A DNA stretch of 64,000 nucleotides, from assembly GCA_950097015.1 (NCBI GenBank), contig CATNEN010000001.1, positions 20,150,001 to 20,214,000 on the forward strand. The letters are read 5' to 3'. Numbering within the stretch: position 1 is the stretch's first letter; every line of letters starts with the position of its first letter. The translations under genes were made by a program, and so were the position numbers. This document shows positions 27,140-39,865 of this stretch, piece by piece. This DNA is from Macrostomum hystrix. Its lineage: Eukaryota > Animalia > Platyhelminthes. The notes beneath the pieces are model-generated. The model was not told the origin of the DNA and ran no database searches. It worked only from the letters and a program-made list of their open reading frames with translations.

Positions 27140-27505
27140 GGGGGGTTGGTGGCAAAGCCATTATTGTATTTGCCTCTCACACCATGGTCCCTAAGTTCAA
27201 TTCCACAGCAAGGCCACATTTATTTCAGGTGCAGCTGCTGAGAGAAGGCTTGGGGGCTTGTGCAATTTATGCCCTTGAGGGCCAACCTCTAAGGCATAGT
27301 GAAATGTACACTGCCTGACAATCAGAAAGTCAGGGCAGATGTACACACTTGTGTGAGCGTATGCCTACATAAAGTATCTGTGTGCATGTGTGCTCAGGAG
27401 TCTGCAAAATGGGCTGAATTGCCTCCTTGCTCGCTGTGGGTCTAGTGTCACTAAACGATGTGCCACTGCCTACAACCCTCCTGCAATTATTATTATTCTT
27501 TTTAT
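27140..27505 (+). mobile_element. Full-length tRNA-derived SINE, CpG-decayed copy
   Basis: Colinear with 41314-41683 (reverse complement). Perfect 13-bp TSD TGTGTCAAACTTT at 27127-27139 and 27506-27518. ATT tail. Confidence 0.92.
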
Positions 27506-28750
27506 TGTGTCAAACTTTACCAGGTATACTTTGTTGATATTAGTTACAATTATTGGTTCAGAATTCAAGGCAAAAAAATTGAGGTGGAAACCTATGCCTT
27601 GATTTGTGTTTACATTTCAAGGTGGACAAAGTTTCTAAGTTCTACCAAGGGGGACTCCACACTGAAAATTTTTTGCGCTACACCTGAATGGAGCTAGGCA
27701 AGTACATGAAACTCAAGAACGTGTGCCAAATATTAATGATTCAATGGTTCTGGCCAAAGGTTGGATTTTTCCCATAAGCAATAGTGTATTTCATATGCCC
27801 TATTCACAAATAGCCCTGCCCCTCAGTGTAGCCTTGCCCCTCAGGCCTTCTAAATTTACCAGCATGTCAACCATTTGTGCCTGCATCATCTCCATCTTTA
27901 GTGGTCACTACCTATATCAAGATGGTGACTGCTAAACCTTCAAGGATTACAACGGTGGAGCAAGGCCACTATAGACACCCTGACATATTTCTCAAATTTC
28001 ACTGATCAAGCCTAAATATTAGGCGCAGCTCAACCACACTATACCACTGTTTAGTCTGTCAACCAATCAGTCACCACCTAACACTGTTAGCATTCAGGTG
28101 CTGGCAAAAAATTTCTGAAGTGGAACAAACCCTTCAAAACAGGTGGCAAAATGGCTTGGTAGTCCTGCTATTGATAAAAACTATTACTGAAGTCCATATT
28201 ATACAATAAACAAATGGGCAATCCTCTAGTATTATATATAATGTATTATTTATATTGTTCAGTATGGTCTTTTAGTATATAATATTCCTTTGGAGCCTCT
28301 AGAGGTTAGATAGCATTAACATTTTCTGGATTGGTTGGGATTAGGGCCAAAAATATTCTCACAATAGAGATCGAGAATCAAGAGTTGGTATGGACTAAGG
28401 CAAACTAATATTTTGAACCTGGCTGACTAGCACTTTATGGTATGGAACTAGAAATAAGAGGTTTTCGAGAAAAATGAGAAAGTGGGATTTGATAGCCATG
28501 TAAAATTGTGTCCTTGTTGAATTGAATATGGTTAGCTATTTCGAGGTTTTAATGCTCTATTTAATGATTTATACACCTGCCATTCAAAGCACTGCGTAGT
28601 AATTCTAGATCTAATCTAGGTGTCATGTTTGTTATATAGCAGTCTTTGTATTTTATAATCCTATATTCGGAAGCATTCTTTTAATGCTTGATTTTGTCTA
28701 ACTAATCATACCAATCTCTATACTACTGAACTGCAGCCGGTAGTTTGGTC

Positions 28751-31700
28751 ATGTCCGAGTCAATCTATGACACCGTCGTGTCCTACATTGAGAACTGCAA
28801 GACTCGCCAAGTGCCAGCTAATCAGTTTGTTACCGACGTGCTGCAGAGTCTAAAAGACGAATCGGCATTCGATGACGACATTGACACCTTCGATTTGAAA
28901 CTGTGCGCCAACAATAAGCTGACTAATCCGAGAAATCTTCGCTTGAACGATGCAGAGGCGGCTGTTCTGTGCCTGACTCTGAAGTCCAGCTCAGTGTTTG
29001 TTAGCTTAGATCTGCGCTACAATTCTATTGGCGACGCTGGCGCCGAGGCCATCGCCGATATGCTCAGCGGTAACAAATCGCTGACTATGCTCAACCTGAT
29101 GTGCAACAACATAGGCGAAGCTGGCGCCAAATCCATCGCCAAGGCTTTGCAAGCCAACCAGACTCTGCTGGAATTGAATCTAACCGGCAATAAGATTGGC
29201 GACAATGGCGGCATGCATCTGGCTGAAGCACTTCAGGTTAATGCCACGCTGGAATTTCTGGATCTCGGCGATTGCGATCTCAAAATTAACGCTGTTATTG
29301 CTCTGTCAACTGTGCTCAAGTACAACTCTTCGCTGCGTGGACTCAATGTAAATCGACCGCTGCTCTGGACTCAGCAAGAGGAGACCACCGTGAGTTTGAT
29401 TGATCATCGATGTTAGATCGATCATATAGAGGTTTGATTGATCACTTAGAGGTTGCATTGATAGATCATGGATGTTCGATTGATCATATAGAGGTTGGAT
29501 TGATAGATCATGGATGTTCGATTGATTGATCATATAGAGGTTGGAATGATAGATCATGGATGTTTTATTGATTGATCATATAGAGGTTGGAATGATAGAT
29601 CATGGATGTTTGATTGATCATATAGAGGTTGGATTGATAGATCATGGATGCTCGATTGATTGATCATATAGAGGTTGGATTGATTGATCATTGATGTTAG
29701 ATCGATCATATAGAGGTTGGATTGATAGATCATGGATGTTCGATTGATTGATCATATAGAGGTTGGATTGATAGATCATGGATGTTTGATTGATTGATCA
29801 TATAGAGGTTGGAATGATAGATCATGGATGTTTGATTGATTGATCATATAGAGGTTGGATTGATAGATCATGGATGTTTGATTGATTGATCATATAGAGG
29901 TTGGATTCTGTACACAAAGGGTAGTTAAAAGTGTAAAACTGAGTTATTTCTATTATAAGTTTAAGAAAGACTTTACTACGGAGAAATAAGTCCATTTTCT
30001 CTTAAAGTGTCGCTGGAGTCCATGCTGTTCAGGCAGGGAGACATTTTTCCAAGAAATTCCAGCCTCTTTGACAAACTTTAGAAACCTAACTGGATATGGA
30101 ATATAGAATACGATACGATATATTAAAAATTACAGTGCCAAAATATATATGTAAAGATCATTTGCACTAGCACTCGCCAATTGCTATGCAGCCAAATATA
30201 GTTAATAGTTAGTTAATATAAAGTTAATTTCATGCTTGCTACACTGCTCTCTATCTGTCTCTGTTGCCCCCGCCTCATAAGTAAGTTTAGGCTTGCGACC
30301 GCGCGCAGACACACGCGCAATAAAATCTTGGCCAGTCAATAGCTATCTCGTGACTAACTTAGTGATTATAAGTGTATTACGAGAATTCGGTAGATTTATT
30401 TCATTAAAAAATCAGTAGGCAAATATTATGTCTGCTTGGTTGCTATTGTGCTTTATGATAAATAAATGAAAAGAAAACTAGGATCAATATTTGAATGTGA
30501 AAAAGTGAAATGTTCCTATCTCGCTAGTGCTTTCCATAAATTTTCCAAGAAACGAAGTGTCCCGCCTATCTTCTAGTGGTCCTTGCTTTTTTAATCGACT
30601 TCCGCAACTAGCTCAGACCAAAGCTTTAGTGCATTCGTAAGTACATTGATTGAAACGGCGTGCCTTAGAAAAAAAAATTATTTGCTCAGTGAGCACAGCT
30701 GAATAAATGCTATACTAGTATTGTCAGTATTGACCACTACTTGACTGGTCTCCGTTGATTGGCTCCTGGAAATATGTACTGTCTTACCACACCACACATT
30801 CCAGTGTCTACCCACACTTAAATTTTAAGTATCTTTCAACCTCCTGCTGCCCATTTCTCCAATCCCACACCCTGCTCAACATTTCTCCAATCCCACACCC
30901 TGCTCCCGAATTCTCAAATCCCACACTCTGCTCCCCATTTCTCCAATCCCACACCCTGCTCCCCATTTCTCCAATCCCACACCCTGCTCAACATTTCTCC
31001 AATCCCACACCCTGCTCCCGAATTCTCAAATCCCACACTCTGCTCCCCATTTCTCCAATCCCACACCCTGCTCCCCATTTCTCCAATCCCACACCCTGCT
31101 CCCCATTTCTCCAATCCCACACCTGCTCCCATCCCGCAGGTGCACATGGGAGAGATGCTGCCCCAGAATCGCAGCCTTCGTGAGCTTCACCTGGCCAAGT
31201 ACGAGATGCGCGACTTTGGCGCATGTCGCATCGCCGACGGCCTGTTGAGCAATCGCACCTTGACTGTCCTAGACCTGAGCTGCAATCGCATCACCCGTGA
31301 CGGCGCCAAAGTTCTGGCCAATGTGCTGTCGAAGGACACCCCGCTGCAGTTGCTGGACCTGTCCTACAATCGGTTAGAATGCGACGGTGCCAAGCACATT
31401 GCCCGAGCTCTCATTGGCGCCAATTCAAATCTCCGATGCCTGGCTGTCAAATTTAACGAAATCAAATCCGACGGGTTGATCGCCCTAGCCGACGCTTTAA
31501 AGTACAACACGGGGTTGGAGACGCTGTACATCTGGGGCAACGACCTCACCGATGCCAACTGCGCCGCCGCCTACGCTGATCTGCTAGGCAGCAATGGCCG
31601 CCTTCGCGAGCAGGACACCGACGTGCGCGCCTACAGCGTCGACGGTAGGTGGTGCCTGGCACAGATCAATCACGATGTCGATTATCGACTGTACCGGTAC

Positions 31701-31757
31701 ACTGCGCCTGTCTATGGCGACGATGTGCCCGAAGATCGTCGATTCCGGCTGAGCTGA
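28751..31757 (+). CDS. LRRC34: Leucine-rich repeat protein 34 (RNI-like LRR), exons 28751-29389 and 31140-31757, ~418 aa
   Basis: RNI-type LRRs. A GTGAGT donor at 29390 and CAG acceptor at 31137-31139 join in frame as NRPLLWTQQEETT|VHMGEML. The C-terminal LYIWGN and TDV..Y.VDGR..LA motifs match LRRC34 as I recall it. Confidence 0.9.
29400..29906. repeat. ~41-45-bp minisatellite (GATCATATAGAGGTTGGATTGATAGATCATGGATGTTTGATT) at the 5' end of the LRRC34 intron
   Basis: Tandem array starting ~10 nt after the donor. Confidence 0.95.
30845..31130. repeat. Pyrimidine-rich ~28-bp minisatellite (CCCCATTTCTCCAATCCCACACCCTGCT) ending at the LRRC34 acceptor
   Basis: Tandem array ending <10 nt before the AG. 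Confidence 0.95.
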
Positions 31758-32458
31758 ACGAGTAATTGGGAATTATTCTACAATAACATTTGAGAAATCT
31801 CAACAACTGTTATTTTTAAGGTAGTATCTGTGATTTTTTGTACTCTCCGTACACTGCTGAGTTTTTCTAAATAATTTTATATTCTTTGTACTTTTTAAAA
31901 ATAAATAAAAAACGCGTAAGAGATCCGTCCACTACTACTAGTAGCTAAGAGAAAATATAATTCTCTTTATATTCTTTTTAATTTATTTACTCTCTTCCAC
32001 ACAATGCGATATTGCGCACTACCTTGTCTTATTTTTTTATAGAAAATTCTATATTCTTTGAAAGTTAAAAGTCTTGTAGAAAAATATAACAAAAATACAC
32101 GACAAAAGTTTTAACAAAAAGTTGAAGTTGTTCGTGAATTTTTTGTATTAATATGAAATTTTAGTTTGAGGAACTATTTATTAAACAATTTAGCTGTTTC
32201 GTACTAGAAAGCGTGCTTAACTTTACCGAAATTTATGATGCCTATGATATAGAAGAGGTTCAGTGGTTTTGTAAAGTTGATTTATTATAAAATGAATCGA
32301 AAATAATGTTTGTAAGTTAGAATTAGGATGCAAACAAATTGACTGGCTTCCAAACTATTCTACTGCCAGTAATAGCAGCGAAAATTAGTCAGTATTTTAT
32401 GTGTTTTTTTTCATTCTGTTTGTCAAATCATTCCAGACAGTGAGCCGCGTGCTGGCCT

Positions 32459-35400
32459 ATGTCAGGCTTCAGTTCGCTTGACGGTTCCTCTGCGTAAGTT
32501 TGCAATTATTGCTCCATAGAGCTACCTTATTAAATACCCGCTAAAAATAGGGATGTTTCTTTGGGTGATTCCAGTTGGAATCTGCGGTGTTTCCAGAAAA
32601 AGAAACAGCTGATCGCTGGAAACATACCAATCGTAAGATTCCATGCTTAGAATCTACCCAACTGGGCGTTTTCTCGGTGCTTCTTGGTGGCGAAATGGAA
32701 TCACCCAAAGAATCCTCCAGTTCGGAAGATTCCATGCTCAGAAACCGCCGAGGAATGGCCCGTAAAGAATTCTCTGGTTGTCCCATGGGCCACTGGTTCG
32801 GGTGATTCTTCGGCGGTTTCCGCACAATTTACGGTTACATCGGCTGCTTCCTGGGTGGCTTCTTTAACTCTTTCGAGATAGGGGGGATTTTGGTAGATTC
32901 CTCTCCTATTTTGCACAAAAACCCACCGAAGAAGCAGCCGAATTTTTTACAGGGTAGGCATGTCTTTAAAATTACCGGTCATATACATTTCTTTCAGAAT
33001 CGAGGATCTGTCATCGTTAAACGTGACCTTCTCATATCTGAATCCCAGCGATCATAGACTCTATCACGAAGTGTAAGTGTGCTTCATTAGTTATGTTTGC
33101 GAATATTCTTAATCTGTACATCATAAATCATTCTGTTCATACCGTATACATTGATTTCAGATCGCCAAAATCTAACTACACTTACGCTTACAGGTGAGAA
33201 AAATTAATAAGATACTTGAAATTGTTACTTTTTGAATAATATAAAGCCTTTAGTCGCTTGTTTTTAAATAATTATTAACAGCGGCAGCTACCAAACAGAC
33301 CTGCTGCACAAGCACTGGCGCAGTCCGAATCTCAGCAGGTCTCCATTGCACTGCGGTTCGTTGTCTGCGGCAGCCACTAGGACGTCTTCTGATGGTGAGT
33401 TCAGCTGTTAGTGAGGATTCGAATTGAACCTGAACATTCAGATTGAACCTGAAGATTTAGATGGAACCTGAAGATTTAGATGGAACCTGAAGATTTAGAT
33501 GGAACCTGAAGATTCAGATGGAACTTGAAGATTTAGATGGAACCTGAAGATTTAGATGGAACTTGAAGATTTAGATGGAACCTGAAGATTCAGATGGAAC
33601 TTGAAGATTTAGATGGAACCTGAAGATTCCGATGGAACCTGAAGATTTAGATGGAACCTGAAGATTTAGATGGAACCTGAAGATTCCGATGGAACCTGAA
33701 GATTTAGATGGAACCTGAAGATTTTAACTACACCAGAAATATTTTTTCTAGACCCTGTTGATTTTAATTAGACCCTGTAGATTCTCACTAGACCCTGTAG
33801 ATTCTCACTAGACCCTGTAGATTCTAACTAGACCCTGTAGATTCTAAATAGACCCTGTAGATTCTAACCAGACCCTGTAGATTCTCACTAGACCCTGTAG
33901 ATTCTAAATAGACCCTGTAGATTCTAACCAGACCCTGTAGATTCTAACTAGACCCTGTAGATTCTAAATAGACCCTGTAGATTCTAACCAGACCCTGTAG
34001 ATTCTCACTAGACCCTGTAGATTCTAATTAGATTTTCTGTCACTGTTTATTCCACCTTCCACACCGTTGATGCAGTTTCGCCAGCTAGCTTAGCAACAAT
34101 CGTGGGCTCATCGACTGCAGCCAGCGTTGCCAGCAGCTCCAGCAGCAGCGCAGCCGCTGCGCAGCATCTTCGTCGTCGTAGTCGTCAGTCAGCGTCCACA
34201 CTGTCGCTGACTGCAGCCGAATCGTCCGATCGCGTGCTCAGGTCGCGATGTCGCGCGGAAGGTGGCGTCCATTGCGGCCATGTCGATTGTCGAATACACG
34301 GCCACCGCGCCACGACTCGCAGTCGCTTTAGTCGTCTCCGCGATGATGAGACGGTTGATGAGCATTGTGATGCGGAAGAAGAGAAAGGTACTATGGAGGC
34401 TATTGTGAGCAGAAGCTACGGCTATAGCTCCGGTTATGGCTACAGTGGAATTCCTGGCTCCGGCTCCGGCAGCTCTGGAACAACTGCTGGCACGTCTTGG
34501 ACTGCAACGACGACAAAAAGAATGACAACAACAGCCGCTTCAGCAACGCAAACTATTGTAACAATGACTAGGCGAAAAATTGTCGCAACATTTAGTGCAA
34601 TTTTTCGTCTAGTTAGTAGCGCCGGAAAATTTGGCCTACAGCTCGCTTTGGCACCAGTGGTCTCTGCGACGGCGGCTGTTAGAGACGTGTTTTCTGCGTC
34701 GTCGGGTGACGCGTCCTTTGCCGCCAGCAGCACCGTGAGGCAGCAGGCGCGAGCTTCGCGTCGTGAAAGACGTCGGTGGTTGTGTTCGCCCTGGTTGCTC
34801 TTGTTGTTGGTCCTGTTCGCCCTGCTAGCAGCTTGGTGGCACATCCTACTTCCTCTGCTGTCTCTGCTACGAGATGGCAATTATACAGTTTGGCACAGCC
34901 CAGCTGCAGGAATTATTCTTGGCGGCGGCGATAGATGCTGTGATGCTGCACGCGCTGAAGCTATGGAACTGAGAATGAATCGCGAACTATCCGAGATGCG
35001 AGCTCTGTTGAATCTGTTTGCTAAACAACGGGAAGATGATGATGCGCATAGGAGGCTGCTTTTGCAGCAAATGTCACTTCAGCTGAGAAGTACTAGCAGT
35101 ATCGGTGAAGTACAAAATGACAATGAACATGAGAATTCCACTGGTATTGATCGTCAGATTTCTCTGCTACGTCAGACGGACGCTGAGCAGCTAAAGCTGA
35201 CAACTGCAGTGTCAGATCGAATAAGTAAGCTTGAGAAGGCTCAGCTAGATCTGGTGGCGGAGCTTAGGCAGCAGGTTTTGCAAGAAATTTCTAGCCGCCT
35301 CCAATCTGTGACACTGCGTGTGGTTGAAGAGGAGAAGCGAGCTCGGCTGGCAGGCCAGAAATCAAGTGAGCTTGAGAATAAGTTAGCCTCGCTGGAAGGT

Positions 35401-38400
35401 TTGACAACGCAGTATAAGACAGCTACTAGAGAGTCATCGAATCGGTTACTGTCCGTAGAAAAATTAGGAAAGTCCCTTTCGGAATCGATTGCCCTGCAGC
35501 AGCAGCTTCAGCGAGACAGCGATGAAGAAAGACAAAAGCTCTCCGCTGAGGTTCAAGGACAGTTTAGCTCGTTTGAAAAGCAAATAGAGATCCTGCAACA
35601 GACTGTATCAGAACAGAAACTAATTGTTGGTACTATCGGATCGCGTTTGTCATCCGTTGAAAGTTCGGCTTCAGAGTCTGCTACTGCCGAGAAGGAGCAA
35701 AGAAAGCTATTCCTAGATTTAGAAAGTAATCTAAAAGATCTTCGGAACCTGATTGCGCTATTACAGCAGTCAGACTCCGAACATAAGAAGCGTGAAGCAA
35801 TGTTCTCTGACCGGTTGGATATTGTAGATAAAGAGACTGCTGCAGTTGCCAAATCGCATGAGAAAAGTAATGAGGAGCATAAGATTCTAGCAGATAGAAT
35901 TCTGAAACAGATAAACGACCAACAAAAGCAATTGGCGGCTTCGCTTGATTCGGAATCAGATTTAAGAAAGCAATCAGCTGCACTGTCAGATCGTTTGGAT
36001 GAAGTTGAAAAGTCTTCTCATTCAAATGCTGCTTTGATATTGTCGGCTGGTAAATTTAGTGAGCTGAATGAGCAATTACAACGACTTCAACATGATAAAA
36101 CAGAGCAGAGCAAACATTTTGCCTCCGTCTCTGATAGATTAGCAACACTAGAGTCTGAGCTCGCTTCATTGTTAGCATCTCAAAGCAAAGTTGCTAATGA
36201 ACTGAAAAAGGCAAATGAACAGCAAAATGACCGTTTAAATAGCGTTGAGATAGTTGCCGCGGACACCATATCAGACCTGCGAAATAGTAACACAGAAAAG
36301 GAGAAACAAATTACGGATATACGACAACAAATAGCAGACTATCAAAAGCAGCTAACGCAGCTAAAAGAATCAGAACTGGAGCTGAGCAGCCAAAACACTC
36401 GTCTATCAGAGCACATAGAGTCTGTGGTATCTCTGGCTTCGTCAAATTACAGCATTTCAACTGCTGAGCAACAGAAGTTAAGCAGCGAGCTCAGTGAGCA
36501 ACAGAAACTTCTGTTGCAAATCCAGCAAGCAGAAATCGAGCAAGTAACCGTTGTGAATGACATTTCTGAACGCTTGGCTTCTGTTGAATCTGCACTGTCT
36601 TCCTTGAAGGCTTCAAACGAAGATGAAAAGCGTCAAGCAGCTATTATTGATTTGCGCAAGCATCTGAGCGATCATCAGAAACATTTGGAGCAGTTGCAGC
36701 TAGATAAGTCTGAACAGGCAAATCTTGTAGCTGCTGTAACTCAGCGCCTGGCTTCCGTGGAGTCAACGTTGAATTCTCCCTCTGAGGCAAAGCAAGAAAG
36801 CTCTGAAAATGCGCAGCCGAGTTCGCAGTTTACGAATACAATTAATCAGCAATTAGGCGAGCATAATGAGAAGATCTCTAAAATGCAATCTAAATTAGAT
36901 GAATATGAGACTCGCATTAGTGCCTTCTATGATCGCTTTGGTGTCACGGAGAAGCTTGTGGCGCATGCGTCTAAAGAAGCTGATTCAGCAGTTGCTATGG
37001 TAAAGCAGCTGAATAAAGATGCAGTTCGAATGAACTTAATTGCGGATTTGCGGCAACAGCTCGTCGATTTTCAGCAGCAACTAACAGGCATACGAAAAAG
37101 TGAGTCTGAACACAAAGCTCTTGTTGTGGCAGCGTCGGAACGGCTAGCTGCCTTAGACGCTTCTGTCTCAGCATCGGAGCTCTCCAATGCGCAAGAATTT
37201 GAGAATCAGCGAAAGCAGAGAGCTGAACTGGAGCAACGACTTAGTGATTATCAGCTACGATTGTTTGAGCTAACAGAAGCAGAAAAGAAACAACAAAAGT
37301 TTGCATCAGACATATCCGACCATCTAGTTGCTATCGAATCATCCTCTGCATCTACAAAGAAGCAAGCAGAGGAGGGTACCAAAGTGATAGCTGCACTGCA
37401 GCAGCAGGTAAAAGACTATCACGAGCAATTAGTTCTGCTAAAGCAAGTGGATACTGAGCAGCACAGAGCAGCAGCCAATCTCTCCCTGCGTCTGGAATAT
37501 TTAGAGTCGTCGATTTCTTTGGCAAAGGAAACTGAGATGAATAATCTGGGGAAGATAGCTGCAGAGTTAAGCAACTATCAGGAGCAACTAGCTGCTCTAA
37601 AAGAAGCAGAGGTTGATGTTAAAAAACTTGCTGTGTCCGTGTCAGACCGTCTTGCCGCTGTCGAATCAACTTTGACAGCAACATCTTCCAAGTCACAGGA
37701 TGTAGCAGAGAAAGCTAAGTTGACAATTGAATTGCAGCAGCAGTTAGATCATTATCAGCAGCAATTGGTTTTGTTAAAAGAATCAGAAGCTGATCAGCGC
37801 AAGCTTGCTTCAAATGTATCGGAACGTTTAGTAGTGCTACAATCCGTCGTTTCAGAATTTACGAAGTTAGAAAGTGAGTCAAGACTCAAGCAGGTAGATG
37901 AGCTGAAGCAGCAATTAACTGATCACCAGCGCCAGTTAGATGCTCTTAAGAAACTAGAAGTGGCGTACCAGACACTGGCTATCAATATCACCGATCGTCT
38001 GAATATTATGGAGACTACGATCAAATCTTCAAGGGAGAAACAAATCGATGAACAAGAAAAGCTGACCTTCGAGATCAAACAGCAGCTCAGTGCTCATCAG
38101 CAGCAGATAGTTCTTTTGCAGAAAACTAAAAGCGATATGAAACTGCGGGATTCTACTGATAGCAATCACGAAAGTGATGGTAGGCACCTGATTGCTGCGA
38201 TACAACAACAGCTGCTAGATCACGAGAAGCAGCTCGTCGACTTAAAAAGTGCTGCGTCGATGTCAGCAGAACCGGCAGCTGCTTCTTCCAAGGTCTGCAA
38301 TGAAACTGACGACATTAAAGATTCTGGAAGTCTGCATCGTCAACTCGCTGAATATCGCCGAAGGCTAAGGCTTGTTGCACGCCTGGCTAGCGCGGGATGC

Positions 38401-39555
38401 AGTGGTCGTCAGGCCTGTCAGTGCAACTGCACCCAGCCCGTCAGCTCAGATCCATTTCCCAATGGTGTGCCAGACTTTGCCCTGCACAGCGCTGGTGCCT
38501 ACGTGGTTGGCACCCGGTGCACCGTCGCCTACAATGGCCAGGCCTCCGTTGTGGAACTTTTCGGCTTCCCTGTGCTGGCTTTCTCCCGATCGCCAACCAC
38601 CGCGCTGGAGCCGGACACGAATCTGGGCGAGTGCTGGGCCTTCCAGGTTTGTCCCGTTGACTTTTGAGACCGTTTGTTTTCGTTTTAATGCGACCGTTTT
38701 TAAATTGGTTACAGTGAACAAAGGGACGAGAGGAGACGGATAAAATAAGACGGATAACATAAATGTTAGACTTCAGGAGAGATAACAAAGACTAGACAGA
38801 GTAGAGAAAGGAGATGAGACACGGGAGATATGAGACAAGGAAGAGATGAGACATATGAGAGATAAAACACGGATGAGATAAGACACGGAAGAGATGAGAC
38901 ACGGATGAGATGAGACAGGGGTGAGATAAGACACGGGTGATATAAGACACGGGTGAGATGAGACACGGGTGAGATGAGACACGGGTGAGATGAGACACGG
39001 GTGAGATGAGACACGGGTGAGATGAGACACGGGTGAGATGAGACACGGGTGAGATGAGACACGGGTGAGATGAGATACGGGTGAGATGAGACACGGGTGA
39101 TATAAGACACGGGAGAGATGAGACATGGAAGAGATAAGACACAGGAGATATGAGACACGGATGAGATGAGACACGGGCGAGATATTACTTGTTAATTTGA
39201 TTTTTGTTTACAGGGCTTCCCAGGCCATTTGATCGTCCGCCTGGCTGTGCCCGCTCGCATCAGTTCAGTCACAGTCGACCACGCCGCCAGGGAGGTATCC
39301 TACAATGCCTCGATGTCCAGCGCCCCGCGCAACTTCACAGTCTATGGTCTGGACTCTGGTTCGACGCCATTCGAAGCGGCCACGCCGCTTGGCTCGTTCG
39401 TTTACAATGCCGAAACCGGACCAGCGGCTCAGACATTTCATCTCAATGCCACCACCGATCGCTACTACGAATACGTTGAACTGGCTGTCGAAAGTAACCA
39501 TGGCAACGAGATTTACACCTGCCTGTATCGATTTAGAGTGCACGGACTAGCTTGA
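32459..39555 (+). CDS. Giant SUN-domain inner nuclear membrane protein (SUN1/UNC-84 type), ~1,722 aa. Exons 32459-32493, 32998-33072, 33161-33193, 33282-33394, 34076-38646, 39214-39555.
   Basis: All junctions are GT-AG and phase-compatible (total 5169 nt). Small exons encode NYTYAYSGSY...SPNLSRSPL, resembling the SUN1 N-terminal YTYA.SSSY..SPRMSR motif. TM at ~34780-34870. SUN domain PDFALHSAGA..GECWAFQ|GFPG..SSAPRNF..SNHGNEIYTCLYRFRVHG. The first exon is the least certain. Confidence 0.9.
32537..32954. mobile_element. ~418-bp foldback MITE (CCC...GGG ends flanked by TA; possibly CMC/EnSpm-like) in SUN intron 1
   Basis: Imperfect TIRs TA|CCCGCTAAAAA ... TTTTTACAGGG|TA and three internal inverted pairs. 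Confidence 0.65.
33420..34030. repeat. Two minisatellites filling SUN intron 4: 19-bp GATGGAACCTGAAGATTTA (33420-33722) and 20-bp AGACCCTGTAGATTCTAACT (33750-34030)
   Basis: Tandem arrays. Confidence 0.95.
38810..39182. repeat. ~16-17-bp minisatellite (GAGATGAGACACGGGT) in SUN intron 5
   Basis: Tandem array related to the unit inside the hAT MITE. Confidence 0.93.
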
Positions 39556-39865
39556 GTGTTGAAATGTGGTTTAAAAAATTCACCTTTGTACCTCAAAATG
39601 ATAAGAAAATTGTATTCACTGTTCACTGAAAATGGCAACTTACAGCTTGTTAGCGCAACGAATCATGGATTTTTGGCAAAAAGAAATAAGCATTTTCTCT
39701 GCCCTCATATGTGTGTTTCTTTTAATTAATGCATCTTGGAAATTTATTTAAACATTTCCTATTTATTGTTGACCAAGTTTGTTTTTGTTTTATTAAATCT
39801 CTAAATTTTGTACTTTTTCAAATTATAAAAATTCTATTGTGCAATCAATTGTGTATAGTTTAGAC

